The position numbers and the translations under genes were made by a program. A DNA stretch of 64,000 bases. Origin: Poseidonia sp. (GTDB taxonomy: Archaea > Thermoplasmatota > Poseidoniia > Poseidoniales > Poseidoniaceae). The stretch is from positions 316,515 to 380,514 of the forward strand of contig CBFIDD010000002.1 of assembly GCA_965661285.1 (NCBI GenBank). The letters are read 5' to 3'. Below the pieces are notes generated by a model. It was not told the origin of the DNA. It searched no databases and worked only from the letters and a program-made list of their open reading frames with translations. Positions 50,894 to 60,981 of the stretch are shown piece by piece (within the stretch, counting starts at the first letter, position 1; each line of letters starts with the position of its first letter).

Positions 50894-53869
50894 TCACAAA
50901 TCTTCGAGTTCCTCGAGCAGCTCGAGGTCGTCGTCATCGTCGTCTGCCAGCACAGGCGCAGGTAAATCATCGTCGTCCTCAATCGGCTCAAGTTCCTTTT
51001 CAAGACCCTCGTAGTCCTCGTAGTCTCCGTAGTTAGCAAGGTCAGGACTATCATCGCTGCGGCTTCCACGACCTCGTGCGTAGAAGAGCAGGGCCAAAAT
51101 TACAACGTAAAACGCAATGGTTTGCGGTTCAGGACTGACCAGTTCTCGCAGCAAACAGTTGGCGCCGCTGCATTCCGTCATGTAGTTGAAGGTGAAGGTC
51201 TGGACATAGTCTTCGGAGTACGGTGTCTCGTTGTTCATGGGCGTGACTCTGAACTCAAAGGCTGCTTGCTGGCTGTCTTTGAGATCTTCAGGAGCCTGCA
51301 TGGTCACGCTGAAATCCTTTGAGGAATATGCGGGGAGGTTGATGATGAGGAAATCGCTCCCCAACTGGTTTGAGGTCGCCCGGATGGCGCCCTCCCAACC
51401 ATCGGGTTGGTCAAGGCGAATCACGACGTCGAGCGGGATGTTGTTTTGGTTGCTGATGCGATATTCGAGGCTCTTTGATTCGCCCGGAGCGAAGCGAGAT
51501 TTCTCGGTTTTATCCGTGAGCTCGATGCGGTTTGGAACGACTTCTTCCTGAATGACAACCTTCACCGGGAGGTCGAAGTAGCGAGCGTCGTCAATGTCAA
51601 CACCCTCCTCGATGATGCGGGTGTAGACCGTGTGCTCACCCGCTTCCACCTGACCCCTCAAGGTGATGTCGAGTTTCATGTCGACGTACTCATCCGGGGC
51701 GAGGTTCACCGCCACCAAATTGGAGTTGCTGCCGTTGGAAATGACGTAGTCCCATGCAGCATACTTCGGGTTGTTTTCGGCGTTTTGTTCAACATCACGG
51801 GGATTGATGATCTTCCAGGTGGTTGAGCCAGAACCGGTGTCGCTGGAATCGGTAATTCGGAGATTGAAGTACACCGACGCATCGCCGGTGACCGGTCCAA
51901 CTTGACCGAGCGGATTGTCCTCGCCCGTCCCGTCGCTGTCCGAAATCACCTCGACAAGAATGCCAAACGTCCGGTGAACGGTGAAGGCGATGTCGGTGCG
52001 AAGTTCTGAATCTTCCTTGCTGGACACCGAGATTTCAAACAAACCGATGTCGACACCGTCTCGGTCGGCTGGAGGATAGACCTCCATTCGAATCGTCAGG
52101 ATTTGGGTCGAGCCGATGTCGGGCGTGAGCGAGTAGATGCCTTCCTCTGCGAGTTCAAGACCGGTATCGTTGTCGTAAAATCGGTACTGCCAGTCATCGG
52201 GTTGCTCAAGAATTCGCATTTTGAACGAGTCGGTCTGGAATCCCAAGTTGAAGACGTCGATGAAGAAATCACCGACCTCATCTGCATCCACGTAGTGCGA
52301 AAGGGTCTCATCATAGGCTTCCGGACGCGTTGAATCTGCGATTTGTTTCTGGTGCTCATCGTCTTCGTAGACAAAGAGACGTGGCGCGGCAAGGGTATCC
52401 ACTTCCTCGAATTCTAGCGTGAGGGTTCGTATGGCCACCTCTTCGTTTTGGCCGAGTTCGTTCTGTGCATAGACTCGTGCTTCGATTTCCAAGGAATCGG
52501 GCGCACTGTCCAAATCGCCCTCAGGAACTTCGAGTTGGAGTTCGGGGATGACCGATGCACCGCCGCCGTTGAGCGTGTAGGTGCTGCTTGGTGCGCTCCA
52601 CTGTGGGTCTGACCATGTTGAGGGGAGATTGGTTTCTAGGTCAAAGATCACGTCAATGCTGCTCGATGAGGAGCCCGTATGTTCCACGAGGAATTCGACT
52701 TGGACGACCGCACCGGGAGCGAATAAGACCACATCGGGCTGATTTGAGGGCAGGGTGAGGTAAATGTCGTTCTCAAGCATGGTGATGCCGGGGTGTTCAA
52801 ACACAACGGCGTGGCCCTGTACGTCCTCCACCTCAAGGCGAACGGGGTAGTCACCCGCAGCGATGCCTGCCTCGTAAGTGTAAGTGAAGTTGCCCACCAA
52901 GCCGTTGTTGTCGAGTTTGAAATCATCATCGTCAAAGTTCTTCTCGAAAACCACGTTTGCGCCGTTGGGCGTGTCCATGATGAGGTTGACCTCCTCAATG
53001 TCATCTCGGCCAAAGGCGTCGCGAACTTCAACGGAGAACTGCATCTCTCGGAAGTCAGGACGGTGGTTGGGGGACCACTCAAATTTCTGGGCGTCGTTCC
53101 AGTTGCACCCGAAGGCTTGGTTGCAACTGTGGACGCGTACGCTCGAACCGGAGAGGGCGTTGGTCATGACCTGGAGACGGGAGTACCCTCCCGAGCTTTC
53201 CATCTTGCCAAAGGCGATGTCAACCGCACAATCGCCACCACCCACACCGCCGGTGTTGCCTTCGCAGGTGGCTTGGGCGTCAATGCGGATTTTCAGTTGC
53301 TTTCCTTTGGCCACCATGAACCCGTTGGGCCCGGCGTCAAACTCCACTTCGATGATGCTCCAATCGCAGCCGCCCCCGGTGAAGGGGTTCGGCGAGCATG
53401 CATCTTCCAGTTGTCGGTTCTCTGAGGAAATTTGGGTGTCGCCCGACTTGAGCGAAAAGGTGACATCTGCGGTGGAACCCTCGGCGCCACGGAATTGGAT
53501 GTAGACAGACAGGCGAGCGGTGTTGGAGGAACCGCTTCCGTTGATGTAGAGGTCGCTGATCATCTCGGCGCTTCGGAACTCCAATCCGTCAATGGCGCTG
53601 CCTTCTTCCTGGCCGCCGTTGGGTTCAATTGTGGTAATGGAACCTTGCCCGCCGGTTTCTGAGGTCGCAGCATCGAGATAGAGTTCGTAGGTTTGCTCGG
53701 GGACAGAAACAGGAGCCACAACACGCTCGTCGTCCAGTGTTTGAATCGGCGTGAGAACAGGCGCTGCGGGCACCATCATGCCCACCAAGGAGAACACGAA
53801 CAACGCAACGAGACCAAAGGCCACGGTGCGCTTGCCATTTCCTGAGTCACCAAACAGCATCAAGTCCAC
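50894..53869 (-). CDS. large (991 aa) surface protein with N-terminal anchor/signal, C-terminal TM and poly-acidic cytoplasmic tail
   Basis: TVAFGLVALFVFSLVGMMVPAAPV near the N-terminus. Beta-rich acidic ectodomain. C-terminal AFYVVILALLFYARG TM then DDDDLPAPVLADDDDDDLELLEELEDL. Confidence 0.6.
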   Translation of the reverse strand: MDLMLFGDSGNGKRTVAFGLVALFVFSLVGMMVPAAPVLTPIQTLDDERVVAPVSVPEQTYELYLDAATSETGGQGSITTIEPNGGQEEGSAIDGLEFRSAEMISDLYINGSGSSNTARLSVYIQFRGAEGSTADVTFSLKSGDTQISSENRQLEDACSPNPFTGGGCDWSIIEVEFDAGPNGFMVAKGKQLKIRIDAQATCEGNTGGVGGGDCAVDIAFGKMESSGGYSRLQVMTNALSGSSVRVHSCNQAFGCNWNDAQKFEWSPNHRPDFREMQFSVEVRDAFGRDDIEEVNLIMDTPNGANVVFEKNFDDDDFKLDNNGLVGNFTYTYEAGIAAGDYPVRLEVEDVQGHAVVFEHPGITMLENDIYLTLPSNQPDVVLFAPGAVVQVEFLVEHTGSSSSSIDVIFDLETNLPSTWSDPQWSAPSSTYTLNGGGASVIPELQLEVPEGDLDSAPDSLEIEARVYAQNELGQNEEVAIRTLTLEFEEVDTLAAPRLFVYEDDEHQKQIADSTRPEAYDETLSHYVDADEVGDFFIDVFNLGFQTDSFKMRILEQPDDWQYRFYDNDTGLELAEEGIYSLTPDIGSTQILTIRMEVYPPADRDGVDIGLFEISVSSKEDSELRTDIAFTVHRTFGILVEVISDSDGTGEDNPLGQVGPVTGDASVYFNLRITDSSDTGSGSTTWKIINPRDVEQNAENNPKYAAWDYVISNGSNSNLVAVNLAPDEYVDMKLDITLRGQVEAGEHTVYTRIIEEGVDIDDARYFDLPVKVVIQEEVVPNRIELTDKTEKSRFAPGESKSLEYRISNQNNIPLDVVIRLDQPDGWEGAIRATSNQLGSDFLIINLPAYSSKDFSVTMQAPEDLKDSQQAAFEFRVTPMNNETPYSEDYVQTFTFNYMTECSGANCLLRELVSPEPQTIAFYVVILALLFYARGRGSRSDDSPDLANYGDYEDYEGLEKELEPIEDDDDLPAPVLADDDDDDLELLEELEDL

Positions 53870-53963
53870 CGTATCGCCGTGGTGTAGGGGGTGTTAAACG
53901 GTTTTGCATGGTTTGTGCAACAAATCCATCATCTGCCCCCGGCGTCATGAACGGCGAAAATGG

Positions 53964-54047
53964 TGCAGGGGGTGGGATACGAACCCACGAACCCATACGG
54001 GACCGGATCTTAAGCCCGGCGCCTTTGACCACCTCAGCCACCCCTGC
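53964..54047 (-). tRNA. tRNA-Leu (anticodon UAA), long variable arm; CCA present in the genome at 53961-53963
   Basis: Reverse complement folds by hand. Acceptor GCAGGGG/CCCCTGC (perfect). Anticodon stem CCGGG/TCCGG with loop CTTAAGA. ~14-nt variable arm. T-arm GTGGG-TTCGTAT-CCCAC. Discriminator A then CCA then T-run. Confidence 0.85.
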
Positions 54048-54089
54048 GTGGAGCGATGACGCTTGGGCGTAGCACTTGAATGAATCTCA

Positions 54090-54851
54090 TCATTCGTTCA
54101 ACGTCCAACCACCGTCGACGTGAAGCACGTTGCCGGTGATGGTGCCGTTGGAAAGCAAAAAGAAGACGCCGGCTGCGATGTCTGAGGCTTGACCCGACCG
54201 GCCCAAGGGGACCTTCTCAAGCACCTTGGCGAAGTGCTCAGCCTCCCAGTCGGCCGCCATGATGGCGCCCGGGGCGAGGCAGTTGACACGGATTCTCCCC
54301 GCCAACTCGCCAGCGAGGTTGAGCATCAATTGGCGCAACCCGGCTTTGCTTGAGGTGTAGTGTGCCAGTCCTTCCCAAGCACGCCCCCACGAGGTGTCGA
54401 CCACGGCCACGACCGAGCCCTCGGCTCGCTCCAGCGCAGGGAGGAGCGATTGGGTAAGCAGGTACGGTGCTTCCATGTGAAGTCGGTTGAGGGAGCGGTA
54501 GGTTTCGAGCGGAATTTCCTCGAATGAACCTTGGCTATAGAACGACGCATTATGGACCAAACCGAAGAGACCATGTTTCCGTACGAGCGGATGGTCAAGC
54601 ACCTCCCGATGCAGCCGTTCAAGGTCCTCATCCACCGTTAAATCAGCCACCAAAAGTGAGCCCCTCGGCTCGCCATGGTTGGCCTCAGCCTCGTCCAGCA
54701 GTTGTTGAGCCGGCTCCACTGAAGAGCGGACGTGGATGAGCACGTGCCAGCCTTCGTCCATCAGGCGTCGTGCGGTCGCTGCGCCGAGCCGTTGACCTGC
54801 GCCGGTGATGAGAACAACTCGGCCTTGCACACCCCGCACAGAGCCGCTCAA
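54090..54851 (-). CDS. short-chain dehydrogenase/reductase (SDR)
   Basis: VVLITGAGQRLGAATARRLMDEGWHVLIHVRS is a Rossmann motif. 253 aa. Confidence 0.8.
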   Translation of the reverse strand: MSGSVRGVQGRVVLITGAGQRLGAATARRLMDEGWHVLIHVRSSVEPAQQLLDEAEANHGEPRGSLLVADLTVDEDLERLHREVLDHPLVRKHGLFGLVHNASFYSQGSFEEIPLETYRSLNRLHMEAPYLLTQSLLPALERAEGSVVAVVDTSWGRAWEGLAHYTSSKAGLRQLMLNLAGELAGRIRVNCLAPGAIMAADWEAEHFAKVLEKVPLGRSGQASDIAAGVFFLLSNGTITGNVLHVDGGWTLNE

Positions 54852-54954
54852 CTCATGAAGGCTCGTATGTGACTGGCGCCATCATCACCCAATCGCGAGC
54901 CCCGCACACCTTTTTTGGTGACCGCTTGGTGGCATTGAGCACTGGGGGCAAAGA

Positions 54955-55971
54955 ATGGAAGGAAAACCGCTCCCAATGGCCTCTGCAAGCGAGCCCCGCA
55001 CGCCCGCTCGCCGCCTCCCGGAATGGTTCCGCACCAGCTTGCCGAGCGGTGAGCAACAGGCCACCTTCAACGCCACCAAGTCGGCGGTCAAGGACAACAA
55101 ACTCCACACCGTATGCGAAGAAGCACGATGCCCCAACATCCACGAGTGTTGGGCCAGCGGCGACGCCACGTTCATGATCGCCGGCCAAGAATGCACCCGC
55201 GGCTGTCGCTTTTGCGCGGTGGGCACCATCAAGCGACCACCGCCCCTTGACCCGGAGGAACCGCAGCACCTTGCCCAAGCCGTCGGCTCGATGAATCTCC
55301 GTCATGCTGTCATCACCGTTGTGAATCGGGACGACCTTCCCGACAGCGGCGCGGACCACTACAAGCAATGCATCGACGCGGTGGCGACCACCTCGCCTGA
55401 AGTGACGCTCGAACTCTTGTGTTCTGACCTTGCTGGAGATCTCGATGCCCTGGCCCATTTGTTGGACCAGAGTCCTTTGTCGGTGTTTGCTCACAATGTG
55501 GAGTGCGTCCCCCGACTGGACGCAACCGTCCGGGATGCTCGAGCCTCGTTCGGTCAGTCCATTGCCATCCTCAAGGAAGCCAAACGCCTGCGTCCGGACA
55601 TCATCACCAAATCCTCGCTGATGGTGGGTGTTGGCGAAACCGATGAAGAAATTGACGAGGCTCTCGGCCTGCTTCGAGACGCCGGCGTTGACCTCGTGAC
55701 CATCGGGCAATACCTTGCACCGTCCAAAAAACACCTGCCAGTGGACCGATTCCCTGAGCCCGAACGCTACGACGAGTGGGCAGAGAAAGCCATGCAACTC
55801 GGCTTCTCGGGGGTTGCCAGCGGCCCGCTGGTTCGGTCCTCCTACAAAGCCGGCCTCTTGGTGCGGAAAACCCTAGACCCCGAGAACAGCGAAACCATGC
55901 TGGGCGCCTATGTTCGTGTTGCTCAACCCCATCCTTCCCTACCGACACCACTTAAGACGGACGAGCCCTGA
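54955..55971 (+). CDS. lipA: lipoyl synthase
   Basis: CEEARCPNIHEC and radical-SAM CTRGCRFCAV motifs. RLPEWFRTSLP N-terminal region. Immediately upstream of the 2-oxoacid dehydrogenase operon. Confidence 0.9.
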   Translation: MEGKPLPMASASEPRTPARRLPEWFRTSLPSGEQQATFNATKSAVKDNKLHTVCEEARCPNIHECWASGDATFMIAGQECTRGCRFCAVGTIKRPPPLDPEEPQHLAQAVGSMNLRHAVITVVNRDDLPDSGADHYKQCIDAVATTSPEVTLELLCSDLAGDLDALAHLLDQSPLSVFAHNVECVPRLDATVRDARASFGQSIAILKEAKRLRPDIITKSSLMVGVGETDEEIDEALGLLRDAGVDLVTIGQYLAPSKKHLPVDRFPEPERYDEWAEKAMQLGFSGVASGPLVRSSYKAGLLVRKTLDPENSETMLGAYVRVAQPHPSLPTPLKTDEP

Positions 55972-55980
55972 GGTGAAGCA

Positions 55981-57222
55981 ATGACGGAGCGAAGCACGGT
56001 TACGACCACGCCTTACACCATCGGTGTCGCTCCGTTCCGACCTGGAGATGAGCCATCCTTTGGCGGGGCCTTCACCCAGCAGCCCGAGGATTTGAACCGC
56101 CCCGACCCTGCGACCTGCACGGCCGAGGACACCGCAGAACACGCCAAGGGCTTGATTCGTGTGCTGAACGATGACGGCGAAGCAAAAGGCGAATGGGACC
56201 CCGGTTTGGACGCCGAAACCATGATTCAAGGCCTTGAATACATGATGCGTCTGCGTATTTTCGACGACCGCATGATCAAGATGCAACGCACCGGAAAACT
56301 CTCGTTTTACATGCGGTCATTCGGTGAAGAAGCCGTCGCCATCGCCCAGACCATGGCGCTTGAGGAACAGGACTGGTTGTTCCCATCCTACCGTCAACCC
56401 GGTGCTCAATTCGTGCGCGGTCGCGACATGGTCAGCATGATTTGCCACTGCATCGGCAACACCGAAGACAACGTCCGTGGCCGGCAGATGCCGGTGCACT
56501 ACACCTGGCGTGAAGGCCGATTCATATCGATTTCGTCCCCTGTTGGCACACAATTCTCGCAAGCTGTTGGCGTTGCTATGGCGAGTGCCTACAAAGGCGA
56601 CGACGAGGTGTGCATTTCTTGGCTCGGCGACGGAACCTCTGCCCAAGGCGACTACCACTACGCACTCAACTTCGCTTCGACCTTCAAACCCCCCGTTATT
56701 CTCAACGTGGTCAACAACCAGTGGGCGATCTCAACCCACGTTTCACTGGCCACCGGCGGTCGAACCTTCGCCGAGCGTGGCCTCGCCTACGACATTCCCT
56801 CCTTCCGAGTCGACGGCAACGACTTCCTGGCGCTGTACAGCGTGACCAAGTGGGCCCGTGAGCGAGCCTCAGCCGGCCTTGGTCCAACCCACATCGAGGT
56901 CTACACCTATCGAGCCGGTGCACACTCCTCTTCCGACGACCCGTCGGCGTATCGCCCGGGTAACGAATTCGAGTGCTGGCCCGGTGGCGACCCCGTCGAG
57001 CGTCTTCGCGACCACCTGATGCAAATCGGTGAGTGGGATGAAGAAAAGGACCAGGCACTGACCGAGAAAATTGACAATGATGTCATGACGGCGTACAAGG
57101 AAGCCTGCGAATTTGGCGATTTGGCCACCGGCCCCTACCCCCCTGCATCGACCATCTTTACCGAAGTCTACGAGACGGTGCCGTGGCACATTCAAGAGCA
57201 ACGAGAGGAACTCGGCAAGTGA
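55981..57222 (+). CDS. 2-oxoacid dehydrogenase E1 component alpha subunit (TPP-dependent)
   Basis: TPP-binding GDGTSAQGDYHYALNFASTFKPPVILNVVNNQWAIST. 413 aa. Confidence 0.9.
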   Translation: MTERSTVTTTPYTIGVAPFRPGDEPSFGGAFTQQPEDLNRPDPATCTAEDTAEHAKGLIRVLNDDGEAKGEWDPGLDAETMIQGLEYMMRLRIFDDRMIKMQRTGKLSFYMRSFGEEAVAIAQTMALEEQDWLFPSYRQPGAQFVRGRDMVSMICHCIGNTEDNVRGRQMPVHYTWREGRFISISSPVGTQFSQAVGVAMASAYKGDDEVCISWLGDGTSAQGDYHYALNFASTFKPPVILNVVNNQWAISTHVSLATGGRTFAERGLAYDIPSFRVDGNDFLALYSVTKWARERASAGLGPTHIEVYTYRAGAHSSSDDPSAYRPGNEFECWPGGDPVERLRDHLMQIGEWDEEKDQALTEKIDNDVMTAYKEACEFGDLATGPYPPASTIFTEVYETVPWHIQEQREELGK

Positions 57223-57228
57223 GGTGAG

Positions 57229-58242
57229 ATGATGGCGAAAATGAACATGATTGCTGCCCTCAACTCGGCACTGGCCCACCAACTCGAGCGAGACCCGAAC
57301 GTCGTCATCTTCGGAGAAGACGTCGGCTACTTTGGTGGTGTCTTCCGTGTCACCGCCGGCCTTCAAGAGAAGTATGGTCCGCATCGGGTGTTTGATTCAC
57401 CGCTCGCAGAGGGTGGCATCGCTGCGATTGCCATGGGCATGGGACTGAACGGTCTTCGACCCGTTGCTGAGATTCAATTCGCCGACTATATCTTCCCTGC
57501 CTACGACCAGATCGTCAACGAAATCGCCAAACTGCGCCACCGCTCAGGAGGAGAATTCTCTACGCCGGTGACCTTCCGCACGCCTGCAGGAGGCGGCATC
57601 AAAGGCGGCCACCACCACTCACAATCCCCCGAATCACAGTTCACCCACACCCCCGGACTCAAGGTGGTCTACTGCTCCAACCCTCGCAACGCCAAGGGGT
57701 TGCTCACAAGTGCCATCGAATCCAACGATCCCGTGATTTTCTTTGAGCCAAAACGCTGCTACCGAGGTCCGTTCTACGGCGACCCACACAACGTCCCCAC
57801 CTGGAACAGCCACCCCGACGGTGAAGTTCCCGAAGAGTACTACGCTATTCCACTTGAAGAAGCCAACATCGTCATGGAAGGCAGCGCTTGCACCGTGATC
57901 GCATGGGGCGCCATGGTCCACGTCTGCGAGCAAGCCATCAAAGATTCAGGCGTGGATTGTGAACTCATCGACCTGCAAACCCTCGTTCCTTGGGACCGCG
58001 ACACCGTGGTGAATTCCGTGAAGAAAACCGGTCGCGTGGTCATCGTTCACGAAGCGCCAAAGACCAGTGGATTTGGAGCGGAGATGAGCGCCTCCATCCA
58101 AGAGCGTTGCTTCTACCATCTCGAATCGCCCATCGAGCGCGTCACCGGATGGGACACACCGTTCCCTCACACCACCGAATGGGATTACCTCCCCAGTCCA
58201 TCTCGCATTGCTGAAGCCATACACAGAACACAGGAGGAATAA
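57229..58242 (+). CDS. 2-oxoacid dehydrogenase E1 component beta subunit
   Basis: VVIFGEDVGYFGGVFRVTAGLQEKYGPHRVFDSPLAEGGI. Transketolase-like C-terminal domain. 337 aa. Confidence 0.9.
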   Translation: MMAKMNMIAALNSALAHQLERDPNVVIFGEDVGYFGGVFRVTAGLQEKYGPHRVFDSPLAEGGIAAIAMGMGLNGLRPVAEIQFADYIFPAYDQIVNEIAKLRHRSGGEFSTPVTFRTPAGGGIKGGHHHSQSPESQFTHTPGLKVVYCSNPRNAKGLLTSAIESNDPVIFFEPKRCYRGPFYGDPHNVPTWNSHPDGEVPEEYYAIPLEEANIVMEGSACTVIAWGAMVHVCEQAIKDSGVDCELIDLQTLVPWDRDTVVNSVKKTGRVVIVHEAPKTSGFGAEMSASIQERCFYHLESPIERVTGWDTPFPHTTEWDYLPSPSRIAEAIHRTQEE

Positions 58243-58244
58243 AC

Positions 58245-59531
58245 ATGGGAAAATTTGAGTTTAAACTGCCCGACATCGGCGAAGGCGTCGTTGAAGGTGA
58301 AATCGTTGAATGGATGGTCGCTGTTGGGGACGTCGTCAAGGAAGACGACCCGATTCTCTCGGTGATGACCGACAAAGCCACCGTGGAGATTCCGGCGCCA
58401 TGCGACGGAACGGTGGCCAGCATCGTCGGTGAAGCCGGCGATATCCTCCCGGTCGGCGGCGTTTGCATCGTGTTCGATGTCGACGGTGATGGCAACGCCT
58501 CGGAAGCCTCTGAACCCGTCGCTGAAAAGCCGGCACCTGCTGAAGAAAAGGCTCCCGTTGAGGAAAAGGTGGCTGAAACACCGCCTGCACCTGAACTACC
58601 GCCGGTCGCTGCTGCACCTGCTGCTGCGCCGGTAACGCGTGCCCCGGGCACCAAAGCCCTCGCTTCTCCCGCTGTTCGTCAGCGTGCACGAGCTGCCAAC
58701 ATCGACCTTCAACTCGTGGCCGGTTCAGGCCCCGCAGGTCGCATCAGCCACGCAGACCTCGACCGACACATCGCTGGAGGCGCCGCTGCTGGCTCAGCCT
58801 CCATGCCGATGGGCGGTGTTGCCAAGGTGGCCCGAAACGGTACCGAGGACATCAAGGTCATCGGCCTTCGACGAAAGATCGCCGACGGCATGATGTCATC
58901 CTACAGCACCATCCCTCACTTCTCGTACTTCGAGGAAGTCGACGTCACCGAACTGGAAGCCTTGCGCCAACACCTCAACGCCACACGCCCCGAGGGCGCA
59001 CCCAAGTTGACCTACCTTCCGTTCATCATGCAGGCCCTCGTGAAGGCGCTGGCTCAGCGCCCAGAATGCAATGCGCTTTACGATGATGATGCAGGTGTTG
59101 TCACCCGCCACGAAGCCATCAACCTCGGCATCGCTACGCAAACCGACCGTGGCCTCTACGTGCCTGTGGTCAAGCACGTCGAAGCCATGGACATCTGGCA
59201 ATCGGCCACTGAAATGGTGCGTGTCACCCAGGCCACCCGGGACGGCAAGGCAGGCGTTGAGGACTTGACGGGGTCCACGTTCACCATCACCAGCCTCGGA
59301 CGGCTTGGTGGTCTCGGAGCGACACCCATCATCAACAAACCAGAGGTCGGTATTCTCGGTGTTCACAACGCCAAAGACCGAGCCGTGGTGAAGGACGGGC
59401 ACGTGGTTGTTCGCCGCATCATGAACCTCTCTTCATCGTGGGACCACCGTGTTGTGGACGGCCATGACGGCGCCACATTGGTTCAGTTGGTAAAATCTTA
59501 CTTAGAGCACCCCGCTACCATTTTCATGTGA
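58245..59531 (+). CDS. dihydrolipoamide acyltransferase E2 component
   Basis: Lipoyl domain SVMTDKATVEIPAP. Ala/Pro-rich linker. Subunit-binding domain. Catalytic domain with DHRVVDG. Confidence 0.9.
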   Translation: MGKFEFKLPDIGEGVVEGEIVEWMVAVGDVVKEDDPILSVMTDKATVEIPAPCDGTVASIVGEAGDILPVGGVCIVFDVDGDGNASEASEPVAEKPAPAEEKAPVEEKVAETPPAPELPPVAAAPAAAPVTRAPGTKALASPAVRQRARAANIDLQLVAGSGPAGRISHADLDRHIAGGAAAGSASMPMGGVAKVARNGTEDIKVIGLRRKIADGMMSSYSTIPHFSYFEEVDVTELEALRQHLNATRPEGAPKLTYLPFIMQALVKALAQRPECNALYDDDAGVVTRHEAINLGIATQTDRGLYVPVVKHVEAMDIWQSATEMVRVTQATRDGKAGVEDLTGSTFTITSLGRLGGLGATPIINKPEVGILGVHNAKDRAVVKDGHVVVRRIMNLSSSWDHRVVDGHDGATLVQLVKSYLEHPATIFM

Positions 59532-59541
59532 GGTCGATGAG

Positions 59542-60972
59542 ATGAAGACCAAACAATGCCAAGTTCTTGTCGTCGGGGCAGGCCCCGGCGGCTATGTCGC
59601 TGCCATTCGCTCTGCACAATTGGGCCTGAAGACCATCATCGTTGAAGGCGAGCGTGCCGGTGGAACCTGTTTGATTCGAGGATGCATCCCAAGCAAAGCC
59701 CTCATTCACGCTGCCCACACGTTCCACAACCTGGCCAAGCACGCCGGAAAGGACGGCCACATGGGCATCTCCATCCCAGGTCCTGCCGAGCTCAACATGG
59801 GCCATCTGGTCGGCTGGAAGGAAGGCATCGTTGACCGCCTCAACAAAGGCGTTGAAGCGCTGTTGAAGAATGCCGGCGCCGAACTCGTCAGCGGTTGGGC
59901 CGTCTTCCAAGACGCCAAGACCGTGAAAATCGGAGAAGGCAAGGATGCGACGCTGATTCAAGCCGACCACGTCATCATGGCCCAAGGCTCGGTGCCCATC
60001 GAACTCCCGTTCATGCCGTTCAGCGACCACGTGCTCTCGTCCCGAGAGGCACTGTCACTGGAAACCCTGCCCGACCACGTCGTTGTCGTGGGTGGAGGCT
60101 ACATCGGCCTCGAACTCGGCATCACCTTCCGCATGCTCGGCTCGGATGTCACCATCGTGGAAGCTATGGATTCCGTGCTCCCTCTGTTTGATAAAGAACT
60201 GCGCCGACCTCTCGAAATATTCCTCAAGAAAAACAAGATCACCGTTCATACGGGTGTCTTTGCCAAAGGCGTCGAGGACGCCAAGGGCGGGAAGGTCAAA
60301 CTCAACTTCATTGACAAGAACGAGAACGACGAGAAGAAGATACAGCATGTCATCGCCGACAAGGTCCTGGTCACGGTCGGACGAAAGCCTGCATCAGCCG
60401 GCCTCGATGCGACCGGTGTCGCCATGGACGAGCGTGGTTTCGTCAAGGTGAACGAGCGCTGCGAGACGAACATGAAAGGCGTCTATGCGATTGGTGACCT
60501 CTGTGATTCCGGCGAAATGCTCGCCCACGTCGCTTCCTTCCAGGGCGAGATGGTGGCTGAACTCATCGCAGGCCACAAGCGAGCCTACGACCCTGTCGCC
60601 GTGCCCGCCATCGTCTTTACCGAACCTGAAATCGTCTCGGTTGGTCTCTCACCCGACCAGGCCAAGGAAGCCGGGCACCCCGTCATTACGGGCAAGTTCC
60701 CACTGGCCGCCAACGGTCGCTCCTTGACCCAAGAAGCCGAGAAAACCGGCGGATTCGTGCGTGTCGTCGCCCGAGAAGACGACCATCGTATCCTTGGCAT
60801 CCAAGGCGTAGGGACTCACATCAGCGAACTGGTGGGCGAATGGACGCTCGCCCTTGAGATGGGCGCCGTGCTCGAAGACATTGCGCACACCATCCACGCT
60901 CACCCCACGATGACAGAAATGACCCACGAAGGTGTGCTCGACACGCTGGGGCATGCGATTCACAAGATGTGA
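59542..60972 (+). CDS. lpdA: dihydrolipoamide dehydrogenase E3
   Basis: VVGAGPGGYVAAIRSAQLG. Redox disulfide GGTCLIRGCIPSKAL. C-terminal HAHPTMTE. Confidence 0.9.
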   Translation: MKTKQCQVLVVGAGPGGYVAAIRSAQLGLKTIIVEGERAGGTCLIRGCIPSKALIHAAHTFHNLAKHAGKDGHMGISIPGPAELNMGHLVGWKEGIVDRLNKGVEALLKNAGAELVSGWAVFQDAKTVKIGEGKDATLIQADHVIMAQGSVPIELPFMPFSDHVLSSREALSLETLPDHVVVVGGGYIGLELGITFRMLGSDVTIVEAMDSVLPLFDKELRRPLEIFLKKNKITVHTGVFAKGVEDAKGGKVKLNFIDKNENDEKKIQHVIADKVLVTVGRKPASAGLDATGVAMDERGFVKVNERCETNMKGVYAIGDLCDSGEMLAHVASFQGEMVAELIAGHKRAYDPVAVPAIVFTEPEIVSVGLSPDQAKEAGHPVITGKFPLAANGRSLTQEAEKTGGFVRVVAREDDHRILGIQGVGTHISELVGEWTLALEMGAVLEDIAHTIHAHPTMTEMTHEGVLDTLGHAIHKM

Positions 60973-60981
60973 AGCGGGGAT

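Noticed and set aside
53847-54041. 64-aa minus-strand ORF overlapping the tRNA-Leu gene
   Set aside because: Overlaps a well-folding tRNA and lies in an otherwise intergenic region. Spurious.
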